DNA from: Escherichia coli
GTDB taxonomy: Bacteria; Pseudomonadota; Gammaproteobacteria; Enterobacterales; Enterobacteriaceae
DNA length: 64,000 bases
Direction: 5' to 3' (one strand)
Assembly: GCF_003334385.1 (NCBI RefSeq)
Contig: NZ_QOWN01000005.1
Positions 44,599 through 61,063 of this stretch are shown here, piece after piece. The notes under the pieces were generated by a model, which was given only the letters and a program-made list of their open reading frames with translations, ran no database searches and was not told the DNA's origin. Numbering within the stretch: position 1 is the stretch's first letter; the number at the start of each line of letters is the position of its first letter. The translations under genes were made by a program, and so were the position numbers.

Positions 44599-44615
44599 AC
44601 ACAGCCTGATATAGG

Positions 44616-44654
44616 AAGGCCGGATAAGACGCGACCGGCGTCGCATCCGGCGCT
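44616..44654. repeat. REP element between convergent apaH and folA
   Basis: aggccggataagacgcgaccggcgtcgcatccggcgc. Confidence 0.75.
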
Positions 44655-44675
44655 AGCCGTAAATTCTATACAAAA

Positions 44676-47201
<2,526 letters not shown>

Positions 47202-47209
<8 letters not shown>

Positions 47210-47732
47210 GATGGGCCTCCTGCCATTCCAGCAGACGTTGCTTATAGTGACGCGCCTGCCCTTCGAGGGTTTCGTCGTCACAAATAAAGGTGCAGTGCAT
47301 GGCAAACGGTGGCAGCCAGTTCAGCCCGCAGTAGATTGCCGTCGCCTGTAGCGGCTGCGACAGCACATCAAAGCCCGGATGCGCACCAATTTCAAAATGG
47401 CTTTCCCCGCCGCCGGTCGTCACCGCCCACAGCAAATGTTTGCCATGCAGCGCCGTGCCGCCATGACCGTAAGCCCAGCCGTGGGAGAAAACTTTATCGA
47501 TCCAAAGTTTGAGGAGCGGAGGAATGCTGTACCACTGCATCGGATGCTGCCAGACGATCAGATCGGCGCGAGACAGCGCCTCCTGCTCGGCGGCAATATC
47601 GATATTGAAGTCAGGATAGAGTTGATAAAGAGAGCGAATTTCGACGCCTTCCAGCGTCCTTGCCTGTTCAAGCATCCGTTTATTCGCATGGGAATGATGC
47701 GGATACGGATGCGCATAAATTATAAGAATCAT
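47202..47732 (-). CDS. kefF: KefC ancillary protein KefF (flavodoxin-like quinone oxidoreductase)
   Basis: 176-aa [27 protein letters not shown]; 8-nt overlap with kefC start. Confidence 0.93.
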
Positions 47733-47839
47733 AGGTAGCCCGCGTGATTACGCCTTTGTTTTCCCACAAAGTGTAGTCATATATTCACGCGGCTTATAGT
47801 CAATAATATTGATTCAGAAAAGAGAGAAATCTGAACAAT

Positions 47840-49171
47840 TTACCCCATTCTCTGCCCGCGGATCGTCATATTGCTGGTCTGCGCCAGTGACATCCCTCGA
47901 GTCTCCGGGGCAAACGCTACGGAAATCAACAAGCCAAACAGCGAGATACCCGCCCCCATTAGCATCGTGTTACTGATACCGTAATTATTGATAAAGATCG
48001 GTAGTGCCCAGGTCGAAACAATGGTGCCAATACGACTTAAGGACATAATCACGCCCACGGCAGAGGCGCGGATATCTGTCGGGAAGAGTTCATTAGGATA
48101 GAGCCACTGCAAATTACCCGGCCCGCCAGAGAAAAAGGCATACACCGCAAAGGCCATCACTACCAGCCAGATCCCCATATCCGGGATTAGCCCCAAAACC
48201 GCCAGCGCCAGCGTCATCATGGCAAAGCTGCCGATCAACAATGGACGCCGTCCGGCAGTGTTTAACCACAGCATCGGCGGAATACAGCCGAGCATAAAGA
48301 ACAGGCTAATCACCACATTCCCTAGTGCCGCGTTTTTGCCAACCCCCAATCCCAACAAACCAACGATTTGCGGGCCAAAGGTGTAAATGGCGAACATTGG
48401 GATCACCTGGCAGGTCCAGATGGCGGCAACAAACAGAACAAAAGGAAAATGGCGGCGATTAAACAGATCGCGAAAACGGGTTTGCTGCGGCTGCTCTTCA
48501 TCGAAAGCCACCGGTTCGCCAAACAGTTTGATCATCATCTCTTCGCACTCTTTTACTCGCCCTTTGCGTAATAACCAGCGGGGAGATTCAGGCAGTTCGA
48601 ATCGACCAATCAAAATCAACAAACAGGGGATCGCCGCGCTACCCAGCATCCAGCGCCAGCCGCCTTCCACATCATAAAGCCAGTAGCCGACCAGATCGGC
48701 ACAGGTCGCGCCGACATACCACATCGCGGCAATAAAGCTGATGGAAAACGCCCGCTGACGGGTACTGGAGAACTCGGTGATCATTGAGGTGGCGATGGGA
48801 TAATCTGCACCGATGACAATGCCGATAAGTACCCGCATCACCAACAGTTCGACGGGGGATGAAACAAACATCGTCGCCACCGATATCACGCCGATGGCGA
48901 TGATATCAATGAGGAACATTTTGCGCCGTCCGACTTTATCGGAAATATAACCAAACAGCGATGTGCCAACGAACAGCCCGGCGAGCGTTCCCGCGCCCAG
49001 CAAGCCAATCCAGTCAGCGTCCAGTTTCAGCGCCGGCGTCAGTTGCTCCAGCGCCACGCCAATCATTACCAGTACATAACCATCCAGAAACGGACCACCG
49101 CTTCCCCACAGCAAAATGCGGCGGTGAATAGAGGAGAATTTGAGATCGTCAAAGTTTCTGGACGGTTGCAT
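47840..49171 (-). CDS. yaaU: Putative MFS transporter
   Basis: ORF track frame 47840..49192; 443-aa protein from MQPSRNFDDLKFSSIHRRILLWGSG; sugar-porter-like MFS motifs. Confidence 0.88.
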   Translation of the reverse strand: MQPSRNFDDLKFSSIHRRILLWGSGGPFLDGYVLVMIGVALEQLTPALKLDADWIGLLGAGTLAGLFVGTSLFGYISDKVGRRKMFLIDIIAIGVISVATMFVSSPVELLVMRVLIGIVIGADYPIATSMITEFSSTRQRAFSISFIAAMWYVGATCADLVGYWLYDVEGGWRWMLGSAAIPCLLILIGRFELPESPRWLLRKGRVKECEEMMIKLFGEPVAFDEEQPQQTRFRDLFNRRHFPFVLFVAAIWTCQVIPMFAIYTFGPQIVGLLGLGVGKNAALGNVVISLFFMLGCIPPMLWLNTAGRRPLLIGSFAMMTLALAVLGLIPDMGIWLVVMAFAVYAFFSGGPGNLQWLYPNELFPTDIRASAVGVIMSLSRIGTIVSTWALPIFINNYGISNTMLMGAGISLFGLLISVAFAPETRGMSLAQTSNMTIRGQRMG

Positions 49172-49227
49172 GGTTATTCCTGTTTTTTGCAATGAGAGTC
49201 AGTGCGGCGTTACGTATCAAACCAACA

Positions 49228-49515
49228 TCAGCCGTAACGGAACTCCACACCAAAGGTGCCGCGCGGGTATTCCCACTGTTCCAGCGCCGACCCCAGCCCC
49301 AGAATGCGACAGGTGCCGCACTCCAGACATCCGGCGTAATCGAAGCGCACACTGCCGTCATCCTGCTTCTTGTACAGACCTGCGGGGCACGCTTTCACCA
49401 GCAGCTCCAGCGCCTGTTTATCAGCATCGGCCTTCACAACAATGTGCGGATGCTCTTCATCGACATTGAATTTATTGACGCCCAGTTTGACGTCCACATT
49501 GACGGGAGAAGTCAT
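49228..49515 (-). CDS. fixX: Ferredoxin-like protein FixX
   Basis: 95-aa ORF MTSPVNVDVKLGVNKFNVDEEHPHIVVKADADKQALELLVKACPAGLYKK with Cys cluster. Confidence 0.93.
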   Translation of the reverse strand: MTSPVNVDVKLGVNKFNVDEEHPHIVVKADADKQALELLVKACPAGLYKKQDDGSVRFDYAGCLECGTCRILGLGSALEQWEYPRGTFGVEFRYG

Positions 49516-50798
49516 AAAACGGTCACTCCTTTCATGCCATCCTTGATTAGATTGATGAAGCCCACTTTCTTGCCGTGGCGGAGGATTTTCTTGCGCATCA
49601 GTTCCGGCGCGCTGCCATCAATGGTGAACAGGTCACGCGCCACACCCACCGCCAGCTCCGGGTAGCCGCTAAACATGCGTGGGTTATCAAGGAACGCCGG
49701 TAGTTTCTGGTACATACGCATATCGCGCAGCGGACCACTCTCAAGATGCTGACGATATTCCGCCAGTTTTTGCTTACTGAAATCGTCGCTTTTCATCGCT
49801 GAAAGCACGGTTTTTGCTGCGGCTTCCCCGGCGGCAATCGCCAGATCCATACCGCGAATGGTAAAACCGAGGTTCATACACATTCCGGCGGCATCACCGG
49901 CAATCAATACGCCGTCACCAACCAACTCCGGCAGCATGTTGATGCCTGCTTCCGGCACTACGTGAGCGGAATATTCCACCAGCTTGCCGCCCGCGATCAG
50001 CGGTGCAACGGCCGGATGCTGTTTGAAATCTTCCAGCATTTGCGGCACCGATTTTTTCGCGTCATGCAGATGATGCAAACCACAAACCAGCCCCAGCGAC
50101 AGGGTGTTTTCATTGGTATAAAGGAAGCCGCCGCCCATCAGGCCATCGGTGGGTGATCCCGCAAACAGGCAAGCCGCCCCCTGATTACCCTGCAACTGAA
50201 AACGGTCTTCAATAACCGACTTCGGTAACTCGATCAGTTCCTTCACGCCAACCGCCACATCCGTCGGTTTGACGCGTTTTGCCATCCCCAATTTTTCGGC
50301 AAGGATGGAGTTCACCCCATCAGCAAGGATCACCGTTTTCGCTTCAATCACATCGCCATCGGCTTCTACACCGACGACTTTGCCATCGCGCTGTACGAGG
50401 TTATCGACGCGGATCCCGGTAATTAACTGCGCGCCCGCTTCTTCGGCCTGCTCCATCAGCCAGGCATCAAATTTACTGCGCAAAACGGAGTAAGAACGCT
50501 GGGATGGCGAGGTTTCGTCACCATTGCAGTAGTCCATAGTCATCGCTGACTTTTCCGTCATAAACGCGAGTTTTTCATGGGTGATCAGGCGTTCTACGGG
50601 GGCGGAGTCGGCGAAACCAGGAATAATGTGTTCCAGACTGTGGGCATAGAAACGCCCGCCGGTGACGTTCTTGGCACCTGCGGAATTGCCACGCTCGATA
50701 ACTAACACTTGCGCACCTTCGCGGGCGAGCACCAGTGCGGCAACCGAACCGGCAAGCCCTGCACCGACGATGATGGCGTCAAAGATATCTTCGGACAT
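49512..50798 (-). CDS. fixC: FAD-dependent oxidoreductase FixC (ETF-quinone oxidoreductase-like)
   Basis: 428-aa ORF MSEDIFDAIIVGAGLAGSVAALVLAREG (FAD-binding GxGxxG); 4-nt overlap with fixX. Confidence 0.93.
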   Translation of the reverse strand: MSEDIFDAIIVGAGLAGSVAALVLAREGAQVLVIERGNSAGAKNVTGGRFYAHSLEHIIPGFADSAPVERLITHEKLAFMTEKSAMTMDYCNGDETSPSQRSYSVLRSKFDAWLMEQAEEAGAQLITGIRVDNLVQRDGKVVGVEADGDVIEAKTVILADGVNSILAEKLGMAKRVKPTDVAVGVKELIELPKSVIEDRFQLQGNQGAACLFAGSPTDGLMGGGFLYTNENTLSLGLVCGLHHLHDAKKSVPQMLEDFKQHPAVAPLIAGGKLVEYSAHVVPEAGINMLPELVGDGVLIAGDAAGMCMNLGFTIRGMDLAIAAGEAAAKTVLSAMKSDDFSKQKLAEYRQHLESGPLRDMRMYQKLPAFLDNPRMFSGYPELAVGVARDLFTIDGSAPELMRKKILRHGKKVGFINLIKDGMKGVTVL

Positions 50799-50848
50799 AA
50801 GAGCTCCCTGTCAGCGGCAGGGCCAAAATGCAGCCCTGCCAGAGTGGA

Positions 50849-51790
50849 TCAACGCGCTAAAGCTGCGGTCAGCGCCGGAAGGATCTTCACGGCGTCGCCA
50901 ACAATGCCGTAATCCGCGTACTGGAAGATCGGCGCATTTTTATCTTTATTGATGGCGAAAATGGTTTGCGACGCGTTAGCGCCAACCATGTGCTGGATCT
51001 GCCCGGAGATCCCCACCGCCAAGTACAGTTCAGGTTTCAGCATCAGGTTGGAGATACCGACATAGCGTTCGTGCTCCATCCATTTTTCGTTTTCCGCCAC
51101 CGGACGAGAACAGGCCAACTCCGCACCTATCGCCTTGCAAAGCTGTTCTGCCAGCGCAATGTTCTCTTTGCTGCCAATACCGCGACCGACGCTGACCACC
51201 AGACGGGCTTTGTCGAGATCGACGCTGTTGCTCTGGCGCGCCTGGGTTGCCGTGCGGGTAATCGCCACAGCCGGAGCCTGCCACTCCACGGTGTGCGTTT
51301 CGCCAGTGCGTGACGCGTCTGGCTGAGCCGCATCGAACGTGCCGCTGCTGATGGTCAGTACCGCATACGGCGTGGCAATGCGTTCTTCGCCAATCGCCAG
51401 ACCACCGTAAACCATGTGTTTCACTGTCGCTTTACCGTCCTGTACGCTGACGGTGCTGGCATCGTTAGACACCGCCGCTTTAAGGCGATAACCCAGTTTT
51501 GCCGCCAGTAATTTGCCGCGACGGGTGTTTGGCAGCAGCACCAGGCCGTCTGCGCCGTGCTGGCGAATAGTGTCAGCCATGACACCGGCGTAATCTTCGA
51601 TCATCCGATCGTCCGGTTTGCCGTTTAATTTCCAGACATGATTAGCGCCGAGCTGGATTGCCTGTGCGCCGTCGGCATCATTGAGGACAAAGGTGTTGAT
51701 TTGATTAGCTAAAGCCTGCGCACCGTTCATCAGTTCCGGCAGACGAGAAGGGGTATCGCTGAATACCCAGACTTGAGAAAACGTGTTCAT
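50849..51790 (-). CDS. fixB: Electron transfer flavoprotein alpha-subunit homologue FixB
   Basis: 313-aa [33 protein letters not shown]. Confidence 0.93.
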
Positions 51791-51804
51791 AGCATCCCCT
51801 GTAA

Positions 51805-52575
51805 TTAAATGACTTTGCGAAGATTTTCAGCAAATGCGGCGATCTGTTCTTCGCCGTCGCCTTCAATCACGATGCGCTGACGTTCGCGCTGTTTCGGCGC
51901 GGCAACCTGTTGTTCTGACCAGGCTGCCTCTGCGTTAAAACCAATATCCGCCGCCGACCATACCTGGACGGGCTTTTTCGCCGCGCCGAGAATGGCTTTC
52001 ATCGAAGGAATTTGTGGGGAATTGATATCAGTGGAAACAGCAACAACCGCAGGCAGCGGAATGCTTAAGGTTTCGGTTTCATCTTCCAGTTCGCGCTCAA
52101 CGGTGAGGGTATCTGCAGTCAGGGAGATAATTTTGCTGACGCCGTTAACTGCCGGAATATTGAGGATTTCGCCTACCAGCAAACCAACCTGCTGGGCATA
52201 AAGGTCGGAAGAACCATCGCCACAGAGGATCAAATCAAAGCCTGCTTTCTGGGCGGCTGCAGCCAGTGCGCTCGCCGTTTGTTGCGGCAGTGCCTGCTCG
52301 AACTGGTCATCAATTACCACAATCAGTTCATCCGGGCCGCGCGATAACACATCTTTACGCCCTTTGGCGTTGGTCAGGGCTTTACCGCCCACACTTAAGG
52401 CTGTCACCTGCGCCTCTGCTGCCTGTTGCTTTAGCTGGCAAGCCGCTTCAATAGCGTTGAGATCGTATTGGCTTATTTTGGCATCGGCTTTGCTGAAGTC
52501 TAATGAACCATCAGCATTATTGACCGCAATATCCTGTTCATCAGGCACGCACTTATAGCAAGTAATAATCTTCAT
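51805..52575 (-). CDS. fixA: Electron transfer flavoprotein beta-subunit homologue FixA
   Basis: ORF track frame 51805..52638; 256-aa protein from [27 protein letters not shown]. Confidence 0.92.
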
Positions 52576-54562
<1,987 letters not shown>

Positions 54563-54592
54563 TTAACCCCCAAAATATCAAGAGGTTGAAAG

Positions 54593-55735
54593 ATGGATTT
54601 TAATTTAAATGATGAGCAGGAACTGTTTGTCGCCGGTATCCGCGAACTGATGGCCAGCGAAAACTGGGAGGCCTATTTTGCCGAGTGCGACCGTGACAGC
54701 GTCTACCCGGAACGTTTTGTCAAAGCACTGGCGGATATGGGTATCGACAGTCTGCTGATCCCTGAAGAGCACGGTGGTCTGGACGCGGGGTTTGTTACTC
54801 TCGCCGCCGTGTGGATGGAGCTGGGACGTCTGGGGGCACCAACCTATGTACTGTACCAGTTGCCGGGCGGGTTCAATACCTTCCTGCGCGAAGGCACACA
54901 AGAGCAGATCGACAAGATTATGGCTTTCCGCGGCACCGGTAAGCAGATGTGGAACTCAGCGATTACCGAACCGGGCGCGGGCTCCGACGTGGGTAGCCTG
55001 AAAACGACTTATACCCGTAGAAATGGTAAGATTTATCTTAATGGTAGTAAGTGTTTTATTACCAGTAGCGCCTACACCCCGTACATCGTGGTGATGGCGC
55101 GCGACGGGGCTTCTCCGGACAAACCTGTCTACACCGAATGGTTTGTTGATATGAGCAAACCGGGCATCAAAGTGACCAAACTTGAGAAGCTCGGTCTGCG
55201 TATGGATAGCTGCTGTGAAATCACCTTTGACGATGTGGAACTGGACGAGAAAGACATGTTCGGTCGGGAAGGTAACGGCTTTAACCGCGTCAAAGAAGAG
55301 TTCGACCATGAACGTTTCCTGGTAGCCCTGACCAACTACGGTACGGCGATGTGCGCCTTTGAAGATGCGGCGCGCTACGCCAACCAGCGCGTGCAGTTTG
55401 GCGAGGCTATTGGTCGTTTCCAGTTGATTCAGGAAAAATTCGCCCACATGGCGATCAAATTAAACTCCATGAAAAACATGCTGTATGAAGCAGCGTGGAA
55501 AGCAGACAACGGCACCATCACCTCTGGCGATGCAGCGATGTGCAAATACTTCTGCGCCAATGCGGCATTTGAAGTGGTGGATAGCGCAATGCAGGTGCTG
55601 GGCGGTGTCGGGATTGCGGGCAACCACCGCATCAGCCGCTTCTGGCGTGACCTGCGTGTAGACCGCGTTTCCGGAGGATCTGACGAAATGCAGATCCTGA
55701 CGCTGGGTCGTGCGGTGCTGAAGCAATACCGCTAA
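54593..55735 (+). CDS. caiA: Crotonobetainyl-CoA reductase (acyl-CoA dehydrogenase family)
   Basis: 380-aa [38 protein letters not shown]. Confidence 0.95.
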
Positions 55736-55744
55736 GTCCGTGCG

Positions 55745-55830
<86 letters not shown>

Positions 55831-55845
55831 TCATGCGCTACATAA

Positions 55846-57081
<1,236 letters not shown>

Positions 57082-57154
57082 ACGCGTGGCGTCAGTCGGC
57101 TTGCCTGACTAGCGCCCGCCCAATAACAAACGAACAAAAATGGATAGAGGTGCA

Positions 57155-58708
57155 ATGGATATCATTGGCGGACAACATCTACGTCAAATGTGGGACGATC
57201 TTGCGGACGTTTACGGTCATAAAACGGCGCTGATTTGTGAATCCAGCGGCGGAGTCGTTAACCGGTATAGTTATCTTGAGTTAAATCAGGAGATTAACCG
57301 CACGGCAAACCTGTTTTATACGCTGGGGATTCGCAAAGGCGACAAGGTTGCACTACATCTCGACAACTGCCCGGAATTTATCTTTTGCTGGTTCGGGCTG
57401 GCAAAAATTGGCGCGATTATGGTGCCGATTAACGCCCGCCTGTTACGCGAGGAAAGCGCGTGGATCCTGCAAAATAGCCAGGCGTGCCTGCTGGTAACCA
57501 GTGCGCAATTCTATCCTATGTATCAACAGATTCAGCAGGAAGATGCCACTCAATTGCGGCACATTTGCCTGACAGATGTGGCACTTCCCGCTGATGATGG
57601 CGTGAGTTCGTTTACTCAACTGAAAAATCAACAACCTGCCACCTTGTGCTATGCACCGCCGCTATCGACTGACGATACGGCGGAAATTCTCTTCACCTCC
57701 GGCACCACCTCCCGACCGAAAGGTGTGGTGATTACCCATTACAACCTGCGCTTCGCTGGATATTACTCCGCCTGGCAGTGTGCACTGCGTGACGATGACG
57801 TCTACCTGACGGTAATGCCTGCGTTTCATATCGATTGCCAGTGTACTGCGGCGATGGCGGCGTTTTCTGCCGGGGCCACCTTTGTGCTGGTCGAGAAATA
57901 CAGCGCCCGCGCCTTCTGGGGACAGGTACAGAAGTACCGCGCCACCGTTACCGAATGTATTCCGATGATGATCCGTACCTTGATGGTGCAGCCGCCTTCA
58001 GCGAACGATCGGCAACACCGCCTGCGGGAAGTGATGTTTTATCTCAACTTGTCGGAGCAGGAAAAAGATGCGTTTTGTGAACGCTTCGGCGTTCGCTTGC
58101 TGACGTCTTATGGGATGACGGAAACCATTGTGGGCATTATCGGCGATCGCCCTGGCGATAAACGACGCTGGCCGTCGATTGGTCGAGCGGGGTTTTGCTA
58201 CGAAGCGGAGATCCGCGACGATCACAATTGCCCGCTCCCGGCAGGTGAGATCGGTGAAATCTGTATTAAAGGCGTACCAGGGAAAACCATCTTCAAAGAG
58301 TATTTTCTCAACCCGAAAGCCACTGCGAAAGTGCTGGAAGCTGATGGCTGGCTGCATACCGGCGATACCGGATACCGCGACGAAGAAGGCTTTTTTTATT
58401 TCGTCGATCGCCGCTGCAATATGATCAAACGCGGTGGCGAGAATGTCTCCTGCGTGGAGCTGGAAAATATCATCGCCACCCATCCGAAAATTCAGGACAT
58501 CGTGGTTGTGGGTATTAAAGATTCGATTCGCGATGAAGCCATCAAAGCATTTGTGGTGCTGAATGAAGGTGAAACATTGAGCGAAGAGGAATTTTTTCGC
58601 TTCTGCGAACAAAATATGGCGAAATTTAAAGTGCCCTCTTATCTGGAGATCAGAAAAGATCTGCCACGTAATTGCTCGGGGAAAATAATTAGAAAGAATC
58701 TGAAATAA
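57155..58708 (+). CDS. caiC: Crotonobetaine/carnitine--CoA ligase
   Basis: ORF track frame 57140..58708; 517-aa protein from [27 protein letters not shown]; AMP-binding motif [10 protein letters not shown]. Confidence 0.93.
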   Translation: MDIIGGQHLRQMWDDLADVYGHKTALICESSGGVVNRYSYLELNQEINRTANLFYTLGIRKGDKVALHLDNCPEFIFCWFGLAKIGAIMVPINARLLREESAWILQNSQACLLVTSAQFYPMYQQIQQEDATQLRHICLTDVALPADDGVSSFTQLKNQQPATLCYAPPLSTDDTAEILFTSGTTSRPKGVVITHYNLRFAGYYSAWQCALRDDDVYLTVMPAFHIDCQCTAAMAAFSAGATFVLVEKYSARAFWGQVQKYRATVTECIPMMIRTLMVQPPSANDRQHRLREVMFYLNLSEQEKDAFCERFGVRLLTSYGMTETIVGIIGDRPGDKRRWPSIGRAGFCYEAEIRDDHNCPLPAGEIGEICIKGVPGKTIFKEYFLNPKATAKVLEADGWLHTGDTGYRDEEGFFYFVDRRCNMIKRGGENVSCVELENIIATHPKIQDIVVVGIKDSIRDEAIKAFVVLNEGETLSEEEFFRFCEQNMAKFKVPSYLEIRKDLPRNCSGKIIRKNLK

Positions 58709-58816
58709 ATGAAACGGCAGGGAACTACCCTGCCAGCTAATAATCACGCTCTAAAACAATATGCATTTTTTGCAGGAATGTTGTCGTCCCTGAAAAAGCA
58801 AAAATGGAGAAAAGGA

Positions 58817-59602
58817 ATGAGTGAATCATTACATCTGACCCGCAATGGATCAATTCTGGAAATTACCCTTGATCGCCCAAAAGCGAATGCTATTGATGCA
58901 AAAACCAGCTTTGAAATGGGCGAAGTATTTCTAAATTTCCGTGACGATCCGCAATTACGTGTCGCCATTATTACCGGTGCCGGAGAGAAATTCTTTTCCG
59001 CGGGCTGGGATTTAAAAGCGGCAGCAGAAGGCGAAGCACCGGATGCTGACTTTGGCCCGGGTGGTTTTGCGGGATTAACCGAAATTTTCAATCTCGACAA
59101 ACCAGTTATCGCAGCTGTGAACGGCTACGCCTTTGGCGGCGGTTTCGAACTGGCGCTGGCGGCAGATTTTATTGTTTGTGCCGATAACGCCAGCTTCGCC
59201 CTGCCGGAAGCCAAACTGGGCATCGTTCCTGACAGCGGCGGTGTGCTGCGTCTGCCGAAGATCCTGCCGCCTGCCATCGTCAATGAAATGGTGATGACCG
59301 GCAGACGAATGGGCGCAGAAGAGGCGCTGCGTTGGGGGATAGTCAACCGCGTGGTTAGCCAGGCGGAACTGATGGATAACGCCCGCGAACTGGCGCAGCA
59401 GCTGGTTAACAGCGCTCCGCTGGCGATTGCGGCGCTGAAAGAGATCTACCGCACCACCAGCGAAATGCCGGTAGAAGAAGCGTATCGCTATATTCGCAGC
59501 GGCGTGTTGAAACACTATCCGTCGGTTCTGCATTCGGAGGATGCCATTGAAGGGCCGCTGGCGTTTGCCGAGAAGCGCGATCCGGTGTGGAAAGGACGTT
59601 AA
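58817..59602 (+). CDS. caiD: Carnitinyl-CoA dehydratase (enoyl-CoA hydratase family)
   Basis: ORF track frame open from 58709; annotated 261-aa protein from [27 protein letters not shown]; crotonase fold. Confidence 0.88.
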   Translation: MSESLHLTRNGSILEITLDRPKANAIDAKTSFEMGEVFLNFRDDPQLRVAIITGAGEKFFSAGWDLKAAAEGEAPDADFGPGGFAGLTEIFNLDKPVIAAVNGYAFGGGFELALAADFIVCADNASFALPEAKLGIVPDSGGVLRLPKILPPAIVNEMVMTGRRMGAEEALRWGIVNRVVSQAELMDNARELAQQLVNSAPLAIAALKEIYRTTSEMPVEEAYRYIRSGVLKHYPSVLHSEDAIEGPLAFAEKRDPVWKGR

Positions 59603-59607
59603 CAACC

Positions 59608-60198
59608 GTGAGCTATTACGCCTTTGAGGGGTTAATTCCGGTGGTTCACCCGACGGCGTTTGTCCATCCCAGTGCCGTCTTGATTGGCGATGTGATTGTG
59701 GGAGCCGGTGTCTACATCGGCCCACTCGCCTCACTGCGTGGTGACTACGGGCGGTTGATCGTGCAAGCGGGAGCCAATATTCAGGATGGCTGCATTATGC
59801 ATGGCTACTGCGACACTGACACCATTGTTGGGGAAAACGGCCATATCGGGCACGGAGCGATCCTGCATGGTTGTGTGATTGGTCGCGATGCATTGGTCGG
59901 GATGAACAGCGTGATTATGGATGGCGCGGTCATTGGCGAAGAGAGCATTGTTGCCGCCATGAGCTTTGTCAAAGCGGGCTTTAGCGGCGAGAAACGCCAG
60001 TTGTTGATGGGTACGCCAGCCCGCGCTGTACGCAGTGTTAGTGACGACGAGTTACACTGGAAACGGTTGAATACCAAAGAGTATCAGGATCTTGTCGGGC
60101 GCTATCATGCATCGTTACATGAAACGCAGCCGTTGAGGCAAATGGAGGAAAATCGCCCCCGTTTGCAGGGGACAACGGATGTGACGCCTAAACGGTGA
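59608..60198 (+). CDS. caiE: Carnitine operon protein CaiE (hexapeptide-repeat/gamma-carbonic-anhydrase-like)
   Basis: ORF track frame from GTG 59587; GTG 59608 after aagga RBS gives (M)[33 protein letters not shown]; start choice uncertain. Confidence 0.85.
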   Translation: MSYYAFEGLIPVVHPTAFVHPSAVLIGDVIVGAGVYIGPLASLRGDYGRLIVQAGANIQDGCIMHGYCDTDTIVGENGHIGHGAILHGCVIGRDALVGMNSVIMDGAVIGEESIVAAMSFVKAGFSGEKRQLLMGTPARAVRSVSDDELHWKRLNTKEYQDLVGRYHASLHETQPLRQMEENRPRLQGTTDVTPKR

Positions 60199-60201
60199 TC
60201 T

Positions 60202-60377
60202 TGCCGGATGCGGCGTAAACGCCTTATCCAACTCTGCTGGAGAGCAACCGTAGGCCGGATAAGATGCGCCAGCATCGCATCCGGCGATAGCTGTCGGATG
60301 CGGCATAAACGCCTTATCCAACCCGGCTGGAGAGCAACCGTAAGCCGGATAAGATGCGCCAGCATCGCATCCGGCGA
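60202..60377. repeat. Two tandem ~86-bp BIME units (each an inverted REP pair) between convergent caiE and caiF
   Basis: Unit A 60202-60287 and unit B 60292-60377: t(g/t)(c/t)cggatgcggc(g/a)taaacgccttatccaac(t/c)c(t/g)gctggagagcaaccgta(g/a)gccggataagatgcgccagcatcgcatccggcga. Confidence 0.85.
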
Positions 60378-60406
60378 CCAGGTCGCACGGTATCATCGAA
60401 ATGACA

Positions 60407-60802
60407 TTAACGACGCATACTCTTTGACAACATCATCTGCCACTTCTGCTCGCGGTTAAGTTCCGTGAGCGGAACGGCAGGAATACTCGGTGTCTTTCTT
60501 ACGCCGACTAATTTTTCCCGACTGTTATTGCGCAGGCGCGCGTAAATTTGTTCATCGATATCGACCACTTTAACCAGTCGCTGACACTGGCATCCCCGCC
60601 CTTCCAGCTTATTAGGGATCATCTTAACTTCGCAGCTTATTTCTGTGACTTCCGACAGAATATAAGTCAGGGTATTAACCGCCTTGCTGTGTTCAATATC
60701 GAAATGAATAGAGATCTCTCTTGCTATCACCCACCGATTTTCAGCCATCATCCATTCGGCGATTAACAAGTAGAGTGGTTTTTCAACATATCCTTCACAC
60801 AT
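60407..60802 (-). CDS. caiF: Transcriptional activator of cai/fix operons
   Basis: ORF track frame 60407..60907; 131-aa protein from MCEGYVEKPLYLLIAEWMMAENRWVIAREISIHFDIEHSKAVNTLTYI. Confidence 0.9.
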   Translation of the reverse strand: MCEGYVEKPLYLLIAEWMMAENRWVIAREISIHFDIEHSKAVNTLTYILSEVTEISCEVKMIPNKLEGRGCQCQRLVKVVDIDEQIYARLRNNSREKLVGVRKTPSIPAVPLTELNREQKWQMMLSKSMRR

Positions 60803-60981
60803 ACGAACTCCAGTTTCACAAATTAAAAGTCTGGCTATGACTCGTTTTGAAGCAATTAAACAAGGCCATATTAAAATTGTGGATATATCGATAGTATGCA
60901 ACTTCACCGTCGATAAGTGTGAGCTAAATCCTGCTTATGTCATCAAAAATATCGATTCCCCAAAAGATTTACTTAATGGGC

Positions 60982-61010
60982 AAAAAAAAACGGTCCTCAT
61001 CAGAGAACCG
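60982..61010 (-). terminator. Intrinsic terminator downstream of carB
   Basis: Minus-strand cggttctctgatgaggaccg hairpin followed by U9 (plus-strand A9 at 60982-60990), 54 nt after carB stop. Confidence 0.75.
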
Positions 61011-61063
61011 TATTAGTTATTCGATCAAATTAGCGGATGAAAAATATCTGCCATGACACGCTA

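Noticed and set aside
57998-58747. 249-aa minus-strand ORF
   Set aside because: Antisense within caiC
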